From NCBI GenBank assembly GCA_046570105.1, contig JBKHVI010000058.1:1-15590 (forward strand): a stretch of 15,590 nucleotides of DNA. The letters are read 5' to 3'. The first letter of the stretch is position 1. Each line of letters opens with the position of its first letter. Below, one piece after another: positions 15,435-15,590 of the stretch. Made by a program: the position numbers and the translations under genes. The DNA comes from Bacteriovoracia bacterium (lineage in GTDB: Bacteria; Bdellovibrionota; Bacteriovoracia; Bacteriovoracales; Bacteriovoracaceae). The notes under the pieces were generated by a model. It did no database searches. It saw nothing but the letters and a program-made list of their open reading frames with translations, and had not been told where the DNA came from.

Positions 15435-15461
15435 CTATCGTCATATTTTTAGAAGAATTAA
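15435..15461 (-). promoter_or_regulatory. Putative sigma28 (FliA)-type promoter for the coiled-coil gene
   Basis: Minus strand TTAA-N15-GACGATAG, ending 7 nt before the ATG at 15427. Confidence 0.55.
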
Positions 15462-15466
15462 GTGGT

Positions 15467-15477
15467 TGTGCTATAAT
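15467..15477 (+). promoter_or_regulatory. Putative sigma70 extended -10 promoter for the lipoprotein gene
   Basis: TGTG-C-TATAAT (TATAAT at 15472-15477), 30 nt before ATG 15508. Confidence 0.6.
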
Positions 15478-15507
15478 TAAACTATTATTCATTCAAAGTA
15501 AAATACT

Positions 15508-15590
15508 ATGAAATACTTTTTTCTACTCTTTACATTAATCAGTTGCGCCACCGGCTCTAAAATCTCCCTACAGTCCGAGCCGGACAAAGC
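15508..15590 (+). CDS. N-terminus of a putative lipoprotein (3'-truncated by window edge; not in the ORF track)
   Basis: MKYFFLLFTLISCATGSKISLQSEPDK: basic N-region, hydrophobic stretch and lipobox LIS-C. Confidence 0.65.
   Translation, partial: MKYFFLLFTLISCATGSKISLQSEPDK

Noticed and set aside
1..15590. tRNA, rRNA, CRISPR array, IS/transposase or integrase
   Set aside because: None recognised; intergenic gaps are short and largely accounted for by promoters and a terminator.

Overview
The left ~11.2 kb is a housekeeping block. It holds a tightly coupled uppS(5'-truncated)-cdsA-rseP-tsaB-psd-like-pssA-truA run, then tig with its own promoter and terminator, a convergent short ComEC-family gene, nadC-nadB and a small secreted protein. 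nadB is broken by one in-frame TAG at the conserved Glu of the NMEFVQFHPT motif. From ~11.2 kb the DNA looks more AT-rich and accessory. It contains a sigma70-region-4-like HTH gene and a minus-strand unit: MotA/PomA-like, MotB-like with a degenerate peptidoglycan-binding domain, and a 598-aa protein that by eye reads as signal peptide + FliF-like ring domain + TM helix + FliG-like cytoplasmic domains. A secreted coiled-coil gene lies upstream. It and motA each have a matching sigma28-like promoter. The best candidate for an undescribed system is this compact 'stator + one-polypeptide rotor' module, with no other flagellar genes in the window. Gene style suggests Bdellovibrionota (Bacteriovoracia-like), but this is inference only. 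All homology calls are by-eye motif recognition; no searches were run.
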